39,866 bases of DNA from an uncultured Hyphomicrobiales bacterium (GTDB lineage: Bacteria > Pseudomonadota > Alphaproteobacteria > Rhizobiales > CAZGNQ01). The notes beneath the pieces are model-generated. The model had not been told where the DNA came from. It saw nothing but the letters and a program-made list of their open reading frames with translations, and did not search any database. The stretch is taken from NCBI GenBank assembly GCA_964527285.1, contig CAZGNQ010000001.1:1-39866 (forward strand). The letters run 5' to 3'. The translations under genes and the position numbers were made by a program. Numbering within the stretch: position 1 is the first letter of the stretch; the number at the start of each line of letters is the position of its first letter. Shown one piece after another: positions 16,849 to 26,319 of this stretch.

Positions 16849-17901
16849 TCAGCCCAGCCCGTTGTCGCGCAGGCGGTCCACGAACCAGTCGATCCGGCCG
16901 CGCAAGTTGGCAACCGGCCCAACCACAACGATGGCCGGCGTCGGCAATGCGCCTGCATCGGCCCGCGCACCCACACAGCCAAGCGTCGCTTCCACCACCT
17001 CCTGTGTCGGCAGGGTTGCCCGGCCCACCACCGCGACCGGCGTGTCAGCCGCACGCCCGCCCTCCATGAGCCGGGCTGCGATGACGGAAAGGTTCTTCAC
17101 CGCCATGTACATGACGATGACGGGCGCTCCTTGCGCGATGGCCGGCCAGTTGACCGCGGATGGAACCGTGCCGTTGGCATCATGGCCGGTGAGGAACGTC
17201 ACAGCATGGTTGGTGTCGCGATGGGTGACGGGGATGCCCGCATAGGCAAGCCCCCCGATGCCAGCCGAGACGCCGGGGACAATACGATAGGGCACACCGG
17301 CGTCAGCCAGCGCCTGGACCTCCTCACCGCCACGCCCGAAAACGAACGGATCGCCTCCCTTCAGGCGCAGCACCCGCAGGCCGTCGCGGGCCAGTTCAAT
17401 CAGCCGCAACGTGATGTCCCGCTGCAGGGCTGAGGGCTTGCCGCCGCGCTTGCCCGCGTAGTCGAGACGCGCTGAGGCGGGCACCCACTCCAACAGCTTT
17501 TCCGAGACGAGCGCGTCATAGACGACCACATCGGCCGTCTGCAGGGCATGGTAGCCCATGAGCGTCAGGAGCCCAGGCGCGCCCGGCCCGGCGCCGACGA
17601 GCCAGATGGAGCCCGGCGCAAATGGTGGGAAGCCCGCGCCGTCGAGGCGTGCGAAACCGGTCGTAGCGCCGCGAGAAAGGTCGGCGACCGGCTCTTGAGC
17701 GGACAGCAAGGCATCGATGCCGGGCGCTGCGCTGAGGGGCGCCTTCGCCATGCGATGGGCCTTCGAGAGGCCGTCGCTGTTGAGGCCGTCGGTCGCGAGG
17801 CCATTGCCCACGAGATCATTCTGCACCAGCCCGTTGCCCGCGAGGCCTTCGGGCTCGCGTTCGTCAGGCATGCAGTCGGGCAAGGGGCGCGTCGCGCTCA
17901 T
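16849..17901 (-). CDS. cobA: Uroporphyrinogen-III C-methyltransferase (SUMT, CobA) with a ~100-aa N-terminal extension
   Basis: SIWLVGAGPGAPGLLTLMGYHALQTADVVVYDALV...LRLKGGDPFVFGRGGEE. The ATG at 17899-17901 overlaps the MFS stop as ATGA. The maximal ORF reaches 18009, and a shorter alternative starts at the ATG at 17751. Confidence 0.88.
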   Translation of the reverse strand: MSATRPLPDCMPDEREPEGLAGNGLVQNDLVGNGLATDGLNSDGLSKAHRMAKAPLSAAPGIDALLSAQEPVADLSRGATTGFARLDGAGFPPFAPGSIWLVGAGPGAPGLLTLMGYHALQTADVVVYDALVSEKLLEWVPASARLDYAGKRGGKPSALQRDITLRLIELARDGLRVLRLKGGDPFVFGRGGEEVQALADAGVPYRIVPGVSAGIGGLAYAGIPVTHRDTNHAVTFLTGHDANGTVPSAVNWPAIAQGAPVIVMYMAVKNLSVIAARLMEGGRAADTPVAVVGRATLPTQEVVEATLGCVGARADAGALPTPAIVVVGPVANLRGRIDWFVDRLRDNGLG

Positions 17902-19187
17902 TGGCGTTCCATCATTGCTTCGCTGGCACCCGGCTGAGTGCCCAGGTTGCCGCGCCAGATCAACACTGCAAACAGCACGCTGATGGCGAAGGTGTAGGCA
18001 GCGAACCACACAGCCTGGCGATCAAAAGCGACACCGGCGTCAATGAGCACGCCCGCAAGGCCGGGACCGGCCGCGGTTGAGAACACCATGACGGCATGTG
18101 CCAGCGCCTTGATCGCGCCCAGGTGCCGCGTGCCGTAGAGTTCGGCCCAAAGCGCAGAGTGTATTGTCACGGCTGCGCCAGCCGTCAGCCCCACAAGGCC
18201 CATGACAACTGTAATCGCGCCGGGTGTCGTCGCGGATGCCAGGACCAGAAGGCCGGCAGCCATTGGCAACAGGTAGTAGGGAAGGCAAGCCCGCGCATTG
18301 AAGCGATCAATGAGCATGCCGAAGACCAGTGAGGCCAACACGGACGTGGCCGCATAGACCCAGTAGCGCTGCGGCAGTTCGGCAAAATCCCATCCTTTGA
18401 TCTCTGCGATGTGGGCCGGCAGGAAGAAGAGGACGGTGAGCATGAAACCCGGTGCCATGATGCCAGGGATGAGCAGCCAGAAAACCGGGTGACGGATCAC
18501 CTCGCGGCGCTCCCATTGGCGCGCGTCCATGCCGGCGGGCGTCGCAACGGCCAGCGGTTGCACGCCGGTCGCGCCGGTTCCCTCGCGCACCGTCCGTCCG
18601 CTTGGCTGGCGCTCGCGGGACAGCAGAACCCACAGGGCAGGCGCCAGCCCCAACGCCAGTGCGCCTGCCGCAAGGCCCCACGCCTCGCGCCAGCCCAGCG
18701 CTGCGATCACGGCGATTGCAATGAGCGGCGCCAGCGCCTCGCCCGTCGGATAGCCGAACGATGCGATGGCCAACGCACGCCCCCTGGTTGCGTCGAAGGA
18801 CCGCGCCATTACGGTCTGTGAAATGTGGCTCAACATGCCTTGGCCGAGCAGCCGCAGCCCATAGATCAGCACAAGCAGCATCAGCCAGTGGGCAACGCCG
18901 GCCATGGCAAGGCACACCGCCGCCAGCGCCAGCACGGTGCAGCAGGCCAGCGGGCGCGGGTCCACCCTGTCGGCGAGGCGCCCGAGCTGAATGATGGTCA
19001 GCGCACTGGCGAGTGTGGCCAGCATGTAGATCGTGCCGAAACCGCCATGGCTAAGGCCAAAGGTGGCACGCAGCGGATCGGAAAACAGGGCAATAAAGAA
19101 GGTCTGGCCAAAGCTGGAGCCAAGCGCCATCAGGAAGCCTGCCGCCAGCCAGCGGGCATTGTCGCGCGCAAAAGCGAGTGTGTTCAT
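17898..19187 (-). CDS. Major facilitator superfamily transporter, substrate unknown, first gene of the MFS-cobA-cobB unit
   Basis: About 12 hydrophobic helices, an MFS loop motif (GRLADRVDPR) and a central hydrophilic loop. Start at the ATG at 19185-19187 (MNTLAFARDNARW...). Confidence 0.8.
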   Translation of the reverse strand: MNTLAFARDNARWLAAGFLMALGSSFGQTFFIALFSDPLRATFGLSHGGFGTIYMLATLASALTIIQLGRLADRVDPRPLACCTVLALAAVCLAMAGVAHWLMLLVLIYGLRLLGQGMLSHISQTVMARSFDATRGRALAIASFGYPTGEALAPLIAIAVIAALGWREAWGLAAGALALGLAPALWVLLSRERQPSGRTVREGTGATGVQPLAVATPAGMDARQWERREVIRHPVFWLLIPGIMAPGFMLTVLFFLPAHIAEIKGWDFAELPQRYWVYAATSVLASLVFGMLIDRFNARACLPYYLLPMAAGLLVLASATTPGAITVVMGLVGLTAGAAVTIHSALWAELYGTRHLGAIKALAHAVMVFSTAAGPGLAGVLIDAGVAFDRQAVWFAAYTFAISVLFAVLIWRGNLGTQPGASEAMMERQ

Positions 19188-19327
19188 GCGTGCCGCTGGC
19201 CTTAACGGAGGTGGTGCGGCGCAGCAGCCTGCGGACGCGTCAGAACCGCCTGATGCCCTGCGCGGCACGACTGCGCAATCGCCACGATGAGCCACCAAGC
19301 GGCACCGCACCACGACAACGGGACGCG

Positions 19328-20509
19328 ATGGAGAAAAACAGCACCGCGCCAGCGCATTCCCCGCGCAAACCGTCCGGTCCGTTGCGGCGCGGCTGGACGA
19401 CGGGCGCCTGCGCCACCGCGGCGACCCGAGCAGCGTTGGAGCACCTGGCCACGGGGCACTTCCCCGACCCTGTGACGATCACGCTGCCCAAAGGTGAGAC
19501 ACCGTCATTTGCGCTCGCCTGCGAAGCCGCCGGCATCGACGATGCGGGCAGGGCCTGGTCATACGCGGGCGTGATCAAGGATGCAGGCGACGATCCGGAC
19601 GTGACCCACGGCGCACTCATCTGTGCGCGCGTGCGCGCAGCACCGCAAGGCCACGGCGTTGTGTTTCGCGCGGGCGACGGCGTTGGCATGGTGACGAAAC
19701 CGGGCCTGCCGATCCCGCCCGGCGAGCCGGCCATCAATCCGGTTCCGCGCGCCATGATGCGCGAGGTGGTCGAGGTCTGCGCGCAAGCCTATGGCGCACC
19801 GCGCGACGTGGAGATCACCATTTCCGTTCCTGATGGTGCAACCCTGGCTGCAAAAACCTGGAACCCGCGGCTCGGCATTGAAGGGGGCCTGTCCATTCTC
19901 GGCACGACCGGCATCGTGCACCCCTTCTCGTGTGCGGCCTGGATCCATTCCATTCACCGCGGCATCGATGTTGCGCGGGCCACGGGCCTTGCCCACATCG
20001 CCGGCTCCACCGGCTCCACCTCTGAAGACGCCGTGCAGGCGCGCCACGACCTGCCTGACATTGCACTGATCGACATGGGAGATTTTGTCGGCGGCATGCT
20101 CAAATACCTCCGGGCGCACCCGGTGCCCCGCGTCACCATCGCAGGCGGGTTTGCCAAGCTCAGTAAGCTCGCCGATGGCGCGCTCGACCTCCATTCGGGC
20201 CGCAGCCAGGTCTCCATGGAGCGGCTGGCCGCACGGCTTGTGGACCTCGGGGCGCCAACGGCGCTGGCGAACGGGGCCCTGACGGCAAACACCGCTGCGG
20301 AGGTGCTGACCAACGCGGCAGCGCACAACGCAGCACTGGGCCGGGCTCTTTGCCAGTCGGTCGCGTTTGATGCCCAGCGCGTCGCCAGCGCAACGCTTCT
20401 AGGGGCGCCGGTCCGACTGGACGTGCTGGTTGTGGCGCGTGATGGCGCGATATTGGCGGCCACCGACGATGCCGATCCCGAAGCGCCGATCGCGGGGCGC
20501 CATGCGTGA
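19328..20509 (+). CDS. cbiD: Cobalt-precorrin-5B (C1)-methyltransferase CbiD
   Basis: LRRGWTTGACATAATRAALEHL...GDDPDVTHG...INPVPR...LSILGTTGIVHPFS are CbiD signatures. Start at the ATG at 19328 (MEKNSTAP...). Confidence 0.88.
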   Translation: MEKNSTAPAHSPRKPSGPLRRGWTTGACATAATRAALEHLATGHFPDPVTITLPKGETPSFALACEAAGIDDAGRAWSYAGVIKDAGDDPDVTHGALICARVRAAPQGHGVVFRAGDGVGMVTKPGLPIPPGEPAINPVPRAMMREVVEVCAQAYGAPRDVEITISVPDGATLAAKTWNPRLGIEGGLSILGTTGIVHPFSCAAWIHSIHRGIDVARATGLAHIAGSTGSTSEDAVQARHDLPDIALIDMGDFVGGMLKYLRAHPVPRVTIAGGFAKLSKLADGALDLHSGRSQVSMERLAARLVDLGAPTALANGALTANTAAEVLTNAAAHNAALGRALCQSVAFDAQRVASATLLGAPVRLDVLVVARDGAILAATDDADPEAPIAGRHA

Positions 20510-20548
20510 CGGTCCCCGCACAGATGAATGCGATGGGCGAGGCGTGCC

Positions 20549-21295
20549 ATGAGTGAGGGGCGCCTCCTTCTGCTGGCAGGGACCGCCGAGGGCCGTCGCC
20601 TCGCCGAGGCACTGCAGGCACGCCTACCCGGGCGGGTTATTGTCTCGCTGGCCGGGCGCACGACGGTGCCGGAAACACTGACCGGCACCGTGCGCGTCGG
20701 CGGCTTTGGCGGGGCGCAAGGGCTCACCGCATTCATCCGTGATGAAGGCATGTTCGCGGTGATCGATGCCACCCACCCCTTCGCGGCAACCATCACGGCC
20801 AACGCCTGGGCCGCAGCACAACTCGCTGGCAGACCGTACCTGCGGCTTGAGCGGCCCGCGTGGACATGCCCGCCCGGCGCGCGCTGGCAAATTGTGCCCA
20901 CGCTTCGTCACGCGGCGCAGGCATTGCCGCCGGGCGCGCACGCTTTTCTCTCCATCGGGCGTCAGGAACTGCACTTATTCGGCGCACGGACGGATTGCAC
21001 GGGGGTGGCGCGCTCAATCGAGCCGCCGGAGGGCGCATTCGGACCCAATTGGACCCTCGTCTGCGCCCGTCCGCCCTTCAGCCTTGAGGATGAAAAATCC
21101 CTGATGCGTCGGCACGCCATCACACATCTCGTGACCAAGAACGCCGGAAGTGATGTCTTATGGGGCAAACTCGCGGCGGCTGAGGCGTTGGATGTGGCTG
21201 TCGTTATGGTCAGCCGACCGGAGAGCCCGGTGCCCGCCGCACAGACCGTTCGCAGCGTTGACGCAGCTGTGGCGTGGGTCGACGGCATGGTTTGA
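20549..21295 (+). CDS. cobK: Precorrin-6A / cobalt-precorrin-6A reductase (CobK/CbiJ)
   Basis: RLLLLAGTAEGRRLAEAL...VGGFGGAQGLTAFIRDEGMFAVIDATHPFA...YLRLERPAW. The ATG at 20549 has a GAGG RBS. The alternative ATG is at 20528. Confidence 0.88.
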   Translation: MSEGRLLLLAGTAEGRRLAEALQARLPGRVIVSLAGRTTVPETLTGTVRVGGFGGAQGLTAFIRDEGMFAVIDATHPFAATITANAWAAAQLAGRPYLRLERPAWTCPPGARWQIVPTLRHAAQALPPGAHAFLSIGRQELHLFGARTDCTGVARSIEPPEGAFGPNWTLVCARPPFSLEDEKSLMRRHAITHLVTKNAGSDVLWGKLAAAEALDVAVVMVSRPESPVPAAQTVRSVDAAVAWVDGMV

Positions 21296-21341
21296 TCCGG
21301 CCAGGACGATGCAGGCACGTCCGCATAGCAAATCAGAGATT

Positions 21342-21367
21342 GCCCGGCTGATAATTAAAAGCCGGGC
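21342..21367. terminator. Hairpin in the convergent cobK/cobM gap (GCCCGGCT gataattaaa AGCCGGGC)
   Basis: 8-bp stem with an AT-rich 10-nt loop. A T-run (CCCTTTTTG) lies about 15 nt downstream on the plus strand. A second hairpin, GAGCGGAC/GTCCGCTC at 21419-21441 followed by GGTTTTT, overlaps the cobM stop. Confidence 0.45.
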
Positions 21368-21430
21368 CACCTATCGCCCTTTTTGTTCTGTTCGTCTGTC
21401 GCTCAGTGCTCCCACCGGGAGCGGACGCGA

Positions 21431-22204
21431 TCAGTCCGCTCGCACGGTTTTTCGGTTGCGCAGCACGTGCTCATGCTCAGCATCGTACAGTTTGGAATCG
21501 ATGAAATTCTTCTCCTCCAGTGCACGCCCCACAAGGATCAACGCCGTTCGCGTGATCTTATGTTCGCGGACCCGCGCCGCAATGGACGCCAGGGTGCCGC
21601 GCACAACGATCTGGTCCGGCCATGTGGCGCGGTACACCACCGCCACCGGACAATCCGCCCCGTAGAATGGCGTGAGCGTCTCCTCGATGTGGCGCAGGTT
21701 GCGGATGGACAGATGGATCGCCAGCGTGGCGCCAGAGCGTGCGAACGTCGCAAGCTCCTCCCCCGGCGGCATGGCGGATGCCTTCATGGCCGTGCGCGTG
21801 AGGACGATGCTCTGGCAGACCTCCGGCAGCGTGAACTCGACCTTTAATTCCGCTGCGGCCGCTGCGTAAGCTGGCACACCCGGCGTGATGTCATAAGGGA
21901 TGGACTGCGCATCGAGCCGGCGCATCTGCTCGGCGATGGCCCCATAAAGCGATGGGTCGCCCGAATGGACGCGGGCCACATTTTCTCCCCTGGCGTGCGC
22001 GTCAGCCATGATCTCCATGATCTCATCGAGCGTCATGGGCGCTGTGTCACGCACCAACGCACCTGCGGGCGCTGCCGCAACGACTTCGGCAGGCACCAGC
22101 GAGCCGGCATAAAGGCACACGGAGCAGGCCTCGATCAGCCGCAGGCCGCGCACTGTGATCAGGTCGGGCGCGCCGGGTCCTGCACCAATGAAATGAACCG
22201 TCAT
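21431..22204 (-). CDS. cobM: Precorrin-4 / cobalt-precorrin-4 C11-methyltransferase (CobM/CbiF)
   Basis: MTVHFIGAGPGAPDLITVRGLRLIEACSVCLYAGSLV...VHSGDPSLYGA. ATGA overlap with the upstream gene at 22201-22204. Confidence 0.92.
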   Translation of the reverse strand: MTVHFIGAGPGAPDLITVRGLRLIEACSVCLYAGSLVPAEVVAAAPAGALVRDTAPMTLDEIMEIMADAHARGENVARVHSGDPSLYGAIAEQMRRLDAQSIPYDITPGVPAYAAAAAELKVEFTLPEVCQSIVLTRTAMKASAMPPGEELATFARSGATLAIHLSIRNLRHIEETLTPFYGADCPVAVVYRATWPDQIVVRGTLASIAARVREHKITRTALILVGRALEEKNFIDSKLYDAEHEHVLRNRKTVRAD

Positions 22205-24180
22205 GCCTCTCCCCGCTTCGCCGCATAGCCGCGCGGCGTGAACATGAATTTCGTGCCGCGCACGTCGGCGATGCGGCTCTGGCCTGATCCCACCATCACC
22301 AACGACAGCATGTCGACATCATCGCAGTTGAATGCACCGATCGTGGTCATGGTCACGGCTTCGGCCGGCCGCCCCAGATCGGTCGCGATGGCAACAGGTG
22401 TGTCGGCCGGGCGATGGGCTGCAAGGATCGCCATGGCAGCGGGCAGTTGGTGACGCCGTCGCTGCGATCTGGGATTATAGAACGCCACGACAAAATCTCC
22501 CTGCGCCGCCGCGTTGAGCCGCTGTTCAATCGCCTGCCAGGGCGTCAGCAGGTCGGAGAGAGAAATGCAGCAGAAGTCATGCCCGATGGGGGCGCCCAGC
22601 CGTGCAGCCGCCGCCTGGAAGGCCGATATCCCGGGACAGACCTCCACATCCACCTGCGCCATGGCCCGTGTGACGCTGTCGTCGACGCCGTGCAATGCCA
22701 GCACCTCAAAGACGAGCGCGGCCATCGCGTAAATGCCAGGATCACCGGAGCAGACCAACGCCACACGCCGCCCCGCACTTGCGAGACGAAGGGCATGGCG
22801 CACGCGGTCCTCCTCCCCCCCCAGGGGGAACCGATGCTCCTGCTGGTTGGACGCAAGATCCCTGGCGAGGTCAAGGTAGAGATCATAGCCCACCCAGTCC
22901 TCGGCCTCGTGCAGTGCTGCCGTGGCCTGAGGTGTCCGCCAGGCGACCGCGCCCGGGCCGAGCCCCACGACGCTCAGATGGCCGCGCGGGCGCCCGATGC
23001 GGTGCGGATCGATCGGAGCTGGCGCGGCGGCGATCGCAACCGTACACCGCGCGGCCTTGCGCTTTTCAACCAGCAGACGGCCTTGCGTGCCCACAGCGCA
23101 CAGCGCCGCGCCTTCCGCGACACCCGGCACGCCAACCTCGCGCAGCACAATGTCCGACGGGTTCGGAATGCGCGCGGCTACGGCGTTGATCTCGTCCGCG
23201 GAAAAAAACCGTGCCGGGACGCCGAGCCGCTCCGCCAATTCAATAACGGCCCGCTCGTCAGCCTTGAGATCGATGGAAGCGACGCAGGCGACGGCTTCAG
23301 GGGCGATGGACGAGGATGCAAGCGCGGCCTCAACCAGCTCAGCCAGATCAGCCGGCGGGCAGTTGCGATCACTGCCGACACCGACGACGACCGCGCGCGG
23401 ATGATAAATCAGCGTAAGTTCGTTGTCATCCATAGGGTGCGCGGTGCGATGGACGGAGGCTTTAATGCTGAGCTTCGGTTGGGAAGACCCGCTCGCAGCG
23501 TGGGCTTGAGTATGGGCCGTCATGCGCGCTCGCGGCGTGGTCGCCGGCCCGGCATCATCGGCAAGCGGTTCGTCAAGCCATGTGAGGTCATCGCTGATGT
23601 GCACCTCGCCACCGGCGAGCAGTGCAGCGGTCACCTCCTTCACGGGCGCCGCCGATGGAAGCGACCAGCCTTGCGGCGGCGCGTCCAGTGCGATGCCAAA
23701 GCGGACATCGCCCGCCGTCGTGATCGCGGCCGTGCCATCGAGCGCTGCCGCCAGTTTGCGTGCCAAGGCGTTCGCGCCCCGGTGCCCCCCCAACAACGGC
23801 ACAACGCTGGAGCCATCCTCTGCCACGGCGAGGACCGGCGGCTCCTGCGTTTTGTCGCTCAGGTGCAGCGCGAGTGTGCGGATCAGGATCGCGGACGAGC
23901 ACACGCCGACAATCGGTCGCCCGGCCCGGAAGGTCTGCGTCAGACAGTCGGCCAGGTCGTCGAAAAGCCGGGCGGTGCAGCGTCCAGCGCCAGTGGGTTC
24001 CGGCCCATCGAGCATCGCCTGCAGCTCATCAAGGCTGGAAAAGCGCGCCCGCCGTGCCGCGATCTCAGCGCCCGGGCAGACCTCGCAGATGCGTGCCGCC
24101 GTGCGCAGCGCAGACGGACCCAGCACGATCACAAGCGGAGCCGCCTGCCCTCCACCTTCGGTTCCGACAGCCTCACCCAT
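22201..24180 (-). CDS. cobJ: Fusion of full-length CbiG (cobalt-precorrin-5A hydrolase-like N, middle and CobE-like C domains) with a precorrin-3B / cobalt-factor III C17-methyltransferase (CobJ/CbiH)
   Basis: N-terminal half: PIVGVCSSAILIRTLALHLSDKTQEPPVLAVAEDGSSVVPLLGGHRGANALARKLA...AITTAGD (CbiG core) and VVGVGSDRNCPPADLAELVEAAL...IDLKADERAVIELAERLGVPARFFSADEI (CbiG_C/CobE). C-terminal half: HLSVVGLGPGAVAWRTPQA...VCSGDPGIYAMA (tetrapyrrole methylase). Confidence 0.88.
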   Translation of the reverse strand: MGEAVGTEGGGQAAPLVIVLGPSALRTAARICEVCPGAEIAARRARFSSLDELQAMLDGPEPTGAGRCTARLFDDLADCLTQTFRAGRPIVGVCSSAILIRTLALHLSDKTQEPPVLAVAEDGSSVVPLLGGHRGANALARKLAAALDGTAAITTAGDVRFGIALDAPPQGWSLPSAAPVKEVTAALLAGGEVHISDDLTWLDEPLADDAGPATTPRARMTAHTQAHAASGSSQPKLSIKASVHRTAHPMDDNELTLIYHPRAVVVGVGSDRNCPPADLAELVEAALASSSIAPEAVACVASIDLKADERAVIELAERLGVPARFFSADEINAVAARIPNPSDIVLREVGVPGVAEGAALCAVGTQGRLLVEKRKAARCTVAIAAAPAPIDPHRIGRPRGHLSVVGLGPGAVAWRTPQATAALHEAEDWVGYDLYLDLARDLASNQQEHRFPLGGEEDRVRHALRLASAGRRVALVCSGDPGIYAMAALVFEVLALHGVDDSVTRAMAQVDVEVCPGISAFQAAAARLGAPIGHDFCCISLSDLLTPWQAIEQRLNAAAQGDFVVAFYNPRSQRRRHQLPAAMAILAAHRPADTPVAIATDLGRPAEAVTMTTIGAFNCDDVDMLSLVMVGSGQSRIADVRGTKFMFTPRGYAAKRGEA

Positions 24181-24970
24181 CGGCTTCCTCCACGCTCTGC
24201 AATCGGGACGGTGGTTCGCTCAGCTTGGCGCCGGCAATTGGCCCCCGCCGCGCCAGGACCATGGAGAAATATCCCGGTGTAGGGCCTGTATGCGCCGACA
24301 GGTCACACACCGTCTCACTGGCGAGCGTGGCATCGCAGATGAGCTGTGCACCATGCGCAAGCCCCGCGACCGCCAGTGCCTCGCGTACTTTCTCCAGGTG
24401 ACGACCGACCTTGAGAATGGCCGCCGCATCCGTGCCCTGCAGCGCGCCGATGAGGTCATCAATCGGCAGTGTCGCCGGCAGAACCACCATGCGTTCCTGG
24501 CGCTCAACGAGCGGGTGACCGGCGGCCGCAGCAGACGCCATGATGGAGGAAATACCTGGGATGACCTCAATGGAAACGTCGTCCGCCAGCCGGGCGCAGA
24601 TGTACATGGCGCTGCCGTAGAGCAGTGGGTCCCCCTCGCACAGCAGCACCACGTTTGCGCGCGCCGCCACGCCAGACGCGATGTCGCGTGCGGCCGCATC
24701 GTAGGCATCCTGGGCGGGCGCGCGGCTGGCCGCGCGCATGGGAAGGGAAAACGCGATGTGGCGCGCGTCCGGCGGAATGAAATCTTGCGCAATCACCACC
24801 GCGCGCGCTGGCCCGGTGTCCGGCATGGGATAGGCCACCACGTCCGCCTCGGAAATGCGTTGGGCGGCGCGCAGCGTCAACAGGTCCGGCGCCCCGGGCC
24901 CGACCCCGACAACCGACAGCCGACCGCGCGCAGGCCCACTGCACGGCGATTTTTTCCCCGCACCGCTCAT
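24173..24970 (-). CDS. cobI: Precorrin-2 / cobalt-factor II C20-methyltransferase (CobI/CbiL)
   Basis: RLSVVGVGPGAPDLLTLRAAQRISEADVVAYP...CEGDPLLYGS. The ATG at 24968-24970 forms an ATGA overlap with the cobL stop. The maximal ORF reaches 24988. Confidence 0.9.
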   Translation of the reverse strand: MSGAGKKSPCSGPARGRLSVVGVGPGAPDLLTLRAAQRISEADVVAYPMPDTGPARAVVIAQDFIPPDARHIAFSLPMRAASRAPAQDAYDAAARDIASGVAARANVVLLCEGDPLLYGSAMYICARLADDVSIEVIPGISSIMASAAAAGHPLVERQERMVVLPATLPIDDLIGALQGTDAAAILKVGRHLEKVREALAVAGLAHGAQLICDATLASETVCDLSAHTGPTPGYFSMVLARRGPIAGAKLSEPPSRLQSVEEADG

Positions 24971-26319
24971 GACCGCGTCACCCGCCATTGCAGCACACTC
25001 ATGCGCGGGCGCAGCGCGCGCAGCCGGCCCACCGCGGTGCTGATCGCGGCATCAATGCGCACAAGTTCGCCGCCGAACGCGGCATGCCGGTCCATAAGCG
25101 CGGCCTCGCCTTCCAGCGTGACGGCATTCGCAACGAGCCGACCGCCGGGCTTCAAACGCTCCCAGCAGGCGCGGAAAATCGCTTCGTCCGCAACACCGCC
25201 ACCATGGAAGACGGCGTCAGGTGCCGGCAGTCCGGCGAGTGCCTCCGGCGCACGGCCGGCCACCACGTCCACCCCGCCGCCCGCAAGGCGCTGCACGTTG
25301 CGTTCCAGCATGGCAAGCCGATCATCGCTCGGCTCTATGGCACTGGCTCTCAGGCGTTCGGCCGGCGGAAAACACACGCTTTGGCGCACCCATTCCACCG
25401 CGATGGAGCCGCAGCCCGCGCCCACATCCCACAGCCGCGCGCCAGGCATGAGGCCAAGCGCGCTCATCGTTACGGCGCGCACCTCGCGTTTGGTCATCTG
25501 ACCGTCATGTTCAAACGCATCGTCCGGCAGCCCGACCACCGGATACTCGGGGACGGTCGCAGCGACGGTGCGGCAGTCGATGGCCAGAACGTTCAACGGA
25601 GAAAAAGGCGTTTCGCAGCGTGCCAGGGCTTCGGCGTTCAATGCGGTTGCGGCCTCGCGATCGCTGCTGGCCAAGTTTTCGAGCACCGTGCAGGTGGCCT
25701 GCCCATATCCACGTTCAACGAGCGCTTCCCCCAGCCCTGACGGTGCGCCGCCGTCGGACGTAAGCACGAGGAAGCGACCCCCGGGTCGCAGCCGGATGGT
25801 GAGATCAAAGGCATCCCGCCCGTGGCAGGACACGCAGCACACCTCCGCCAGCGGCCATCTCATGGCGGCCGCCCCATGGGCAAACGACGACGGCGCCGGA
25901 ACCACTCGCATTTCGTGAGGAGTAAAATGGCTCAGGAAACTGGCCGCAGCGCCGTAATGAAGCGGGTCGCCTGAAGCCAGAACCACCGTCGGCGCCCCCC
26001 GGCGTGCGCGCAGCAATTCGAGCACCGCACTGAACGGCGTCGGCCACCCCATGGCCTTCTCAGCCGGTATGCCCAGCGCTTCGAGGTGGCGTGGCGCGCC
26101 GATCACAAGCTCAGCAGCCTGGAGGGCGCGGCGCATGTCATCGCTCGATGCCTGGCCTGCGTTCGTGCCCATCACCCCGATGACGGTCAACCAGGGGGCA
26201 GCCGCTGCGACATCACCCGCCCGTCCGTCCGGCGCGCAACCGCTGGCGTCAATCGGGGGGCTGTCGTGTCTCGTCATCGCGGCGTCATCGCACGGCCCGC
26301 GTGCCTCAAGCGCCCCCAT
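24967..26319 (-). CDS. cobL: Precorrin-6Y C5,15-methyltransferase (decarboxylating), CobL (CbiE+CbiT fusion)
   Basis: PWLTVIGV...VVLASGDPLHYGAA (CbiE part) and LWDVGAGCGSIAVEW...AVFHGGG (CbiT SAM-MTase part). The ATG at 26317-26319 overlaps the cobH stop (TGATG). The alternative ATG is at 26277, and the maximal ORF reaches 26406. Confidence 0.88.
   Translation of the reverse strand: MGALEARGPCDDAAMTRHDSPPIDASGCAPDGRAGDVAAAAPWLTVIGVMGTNAGQASSDDMRRALQAAELVIGAPRHLEALGIPAEKAMGWPTPFSAVLELLRARRGAPTVVLASGDPLHYGAAASFLSHFTPHEMRVVPAPSSFAHGAAAMRWPLAEVCCVSCHGRDAFDLTIRLRPGGRFLVLTSDGGAPSGLGEALVERGYGQATCTVLENLASSDREAATALNAEALARCETPFSPLNVLAIDCRTVAATVPEYPVVGLPDDAFEHDGQMTKREVRAVTMSALGLMPGARLWDVGAGCGSIAVEWVRQSVCFPPAERLRASAIEPSDDRLAMLERNVQRLAGGGVDVVAGRAPEALAGLPAPDAVFHGGGVADEAIFRACWERLKPGGRLVANAVTLEGEAALMDRHAAFGGELVRIDAAISTAVGRLRALRPRMSVLQWRVTRS

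Noticed and set aside
19188-19327. 9-bp long-range inverted repeat (GTGGTGCGG at 19211-19219 and CCGCACCAC at 19305-19313) that could close a ~100-nt structured RNA in the MFS/cbiD divergent spacer.
   Set aside because: A single 9-bp GC-rich complement within 140 bp could plausibly arise by chance at this GC content. No known riboswitch core motifs (B12 or NiCo) were recognised inside. It is too short to hold a canonical cobalamin element.
22414-25501. Very long plus-strand ORFs (22414..24282, 622 aa; 23522..25501, 659 aa). Similar antisense ORFs occur elsewhere, for example 31098..32831, 34723..35970, 7930..8862 and 15470..16582.
   Set aside because: They lie antisense to genes with clear conserved motifs (cobJ, cobI, cobL, cobQ, cobN, cobB). 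Their translations are Arg/Ala/Gly/Pro-rich low-complexity sequence with no recognisable motifs. Long stop-free antisense frames are expected in high-GC DNA.
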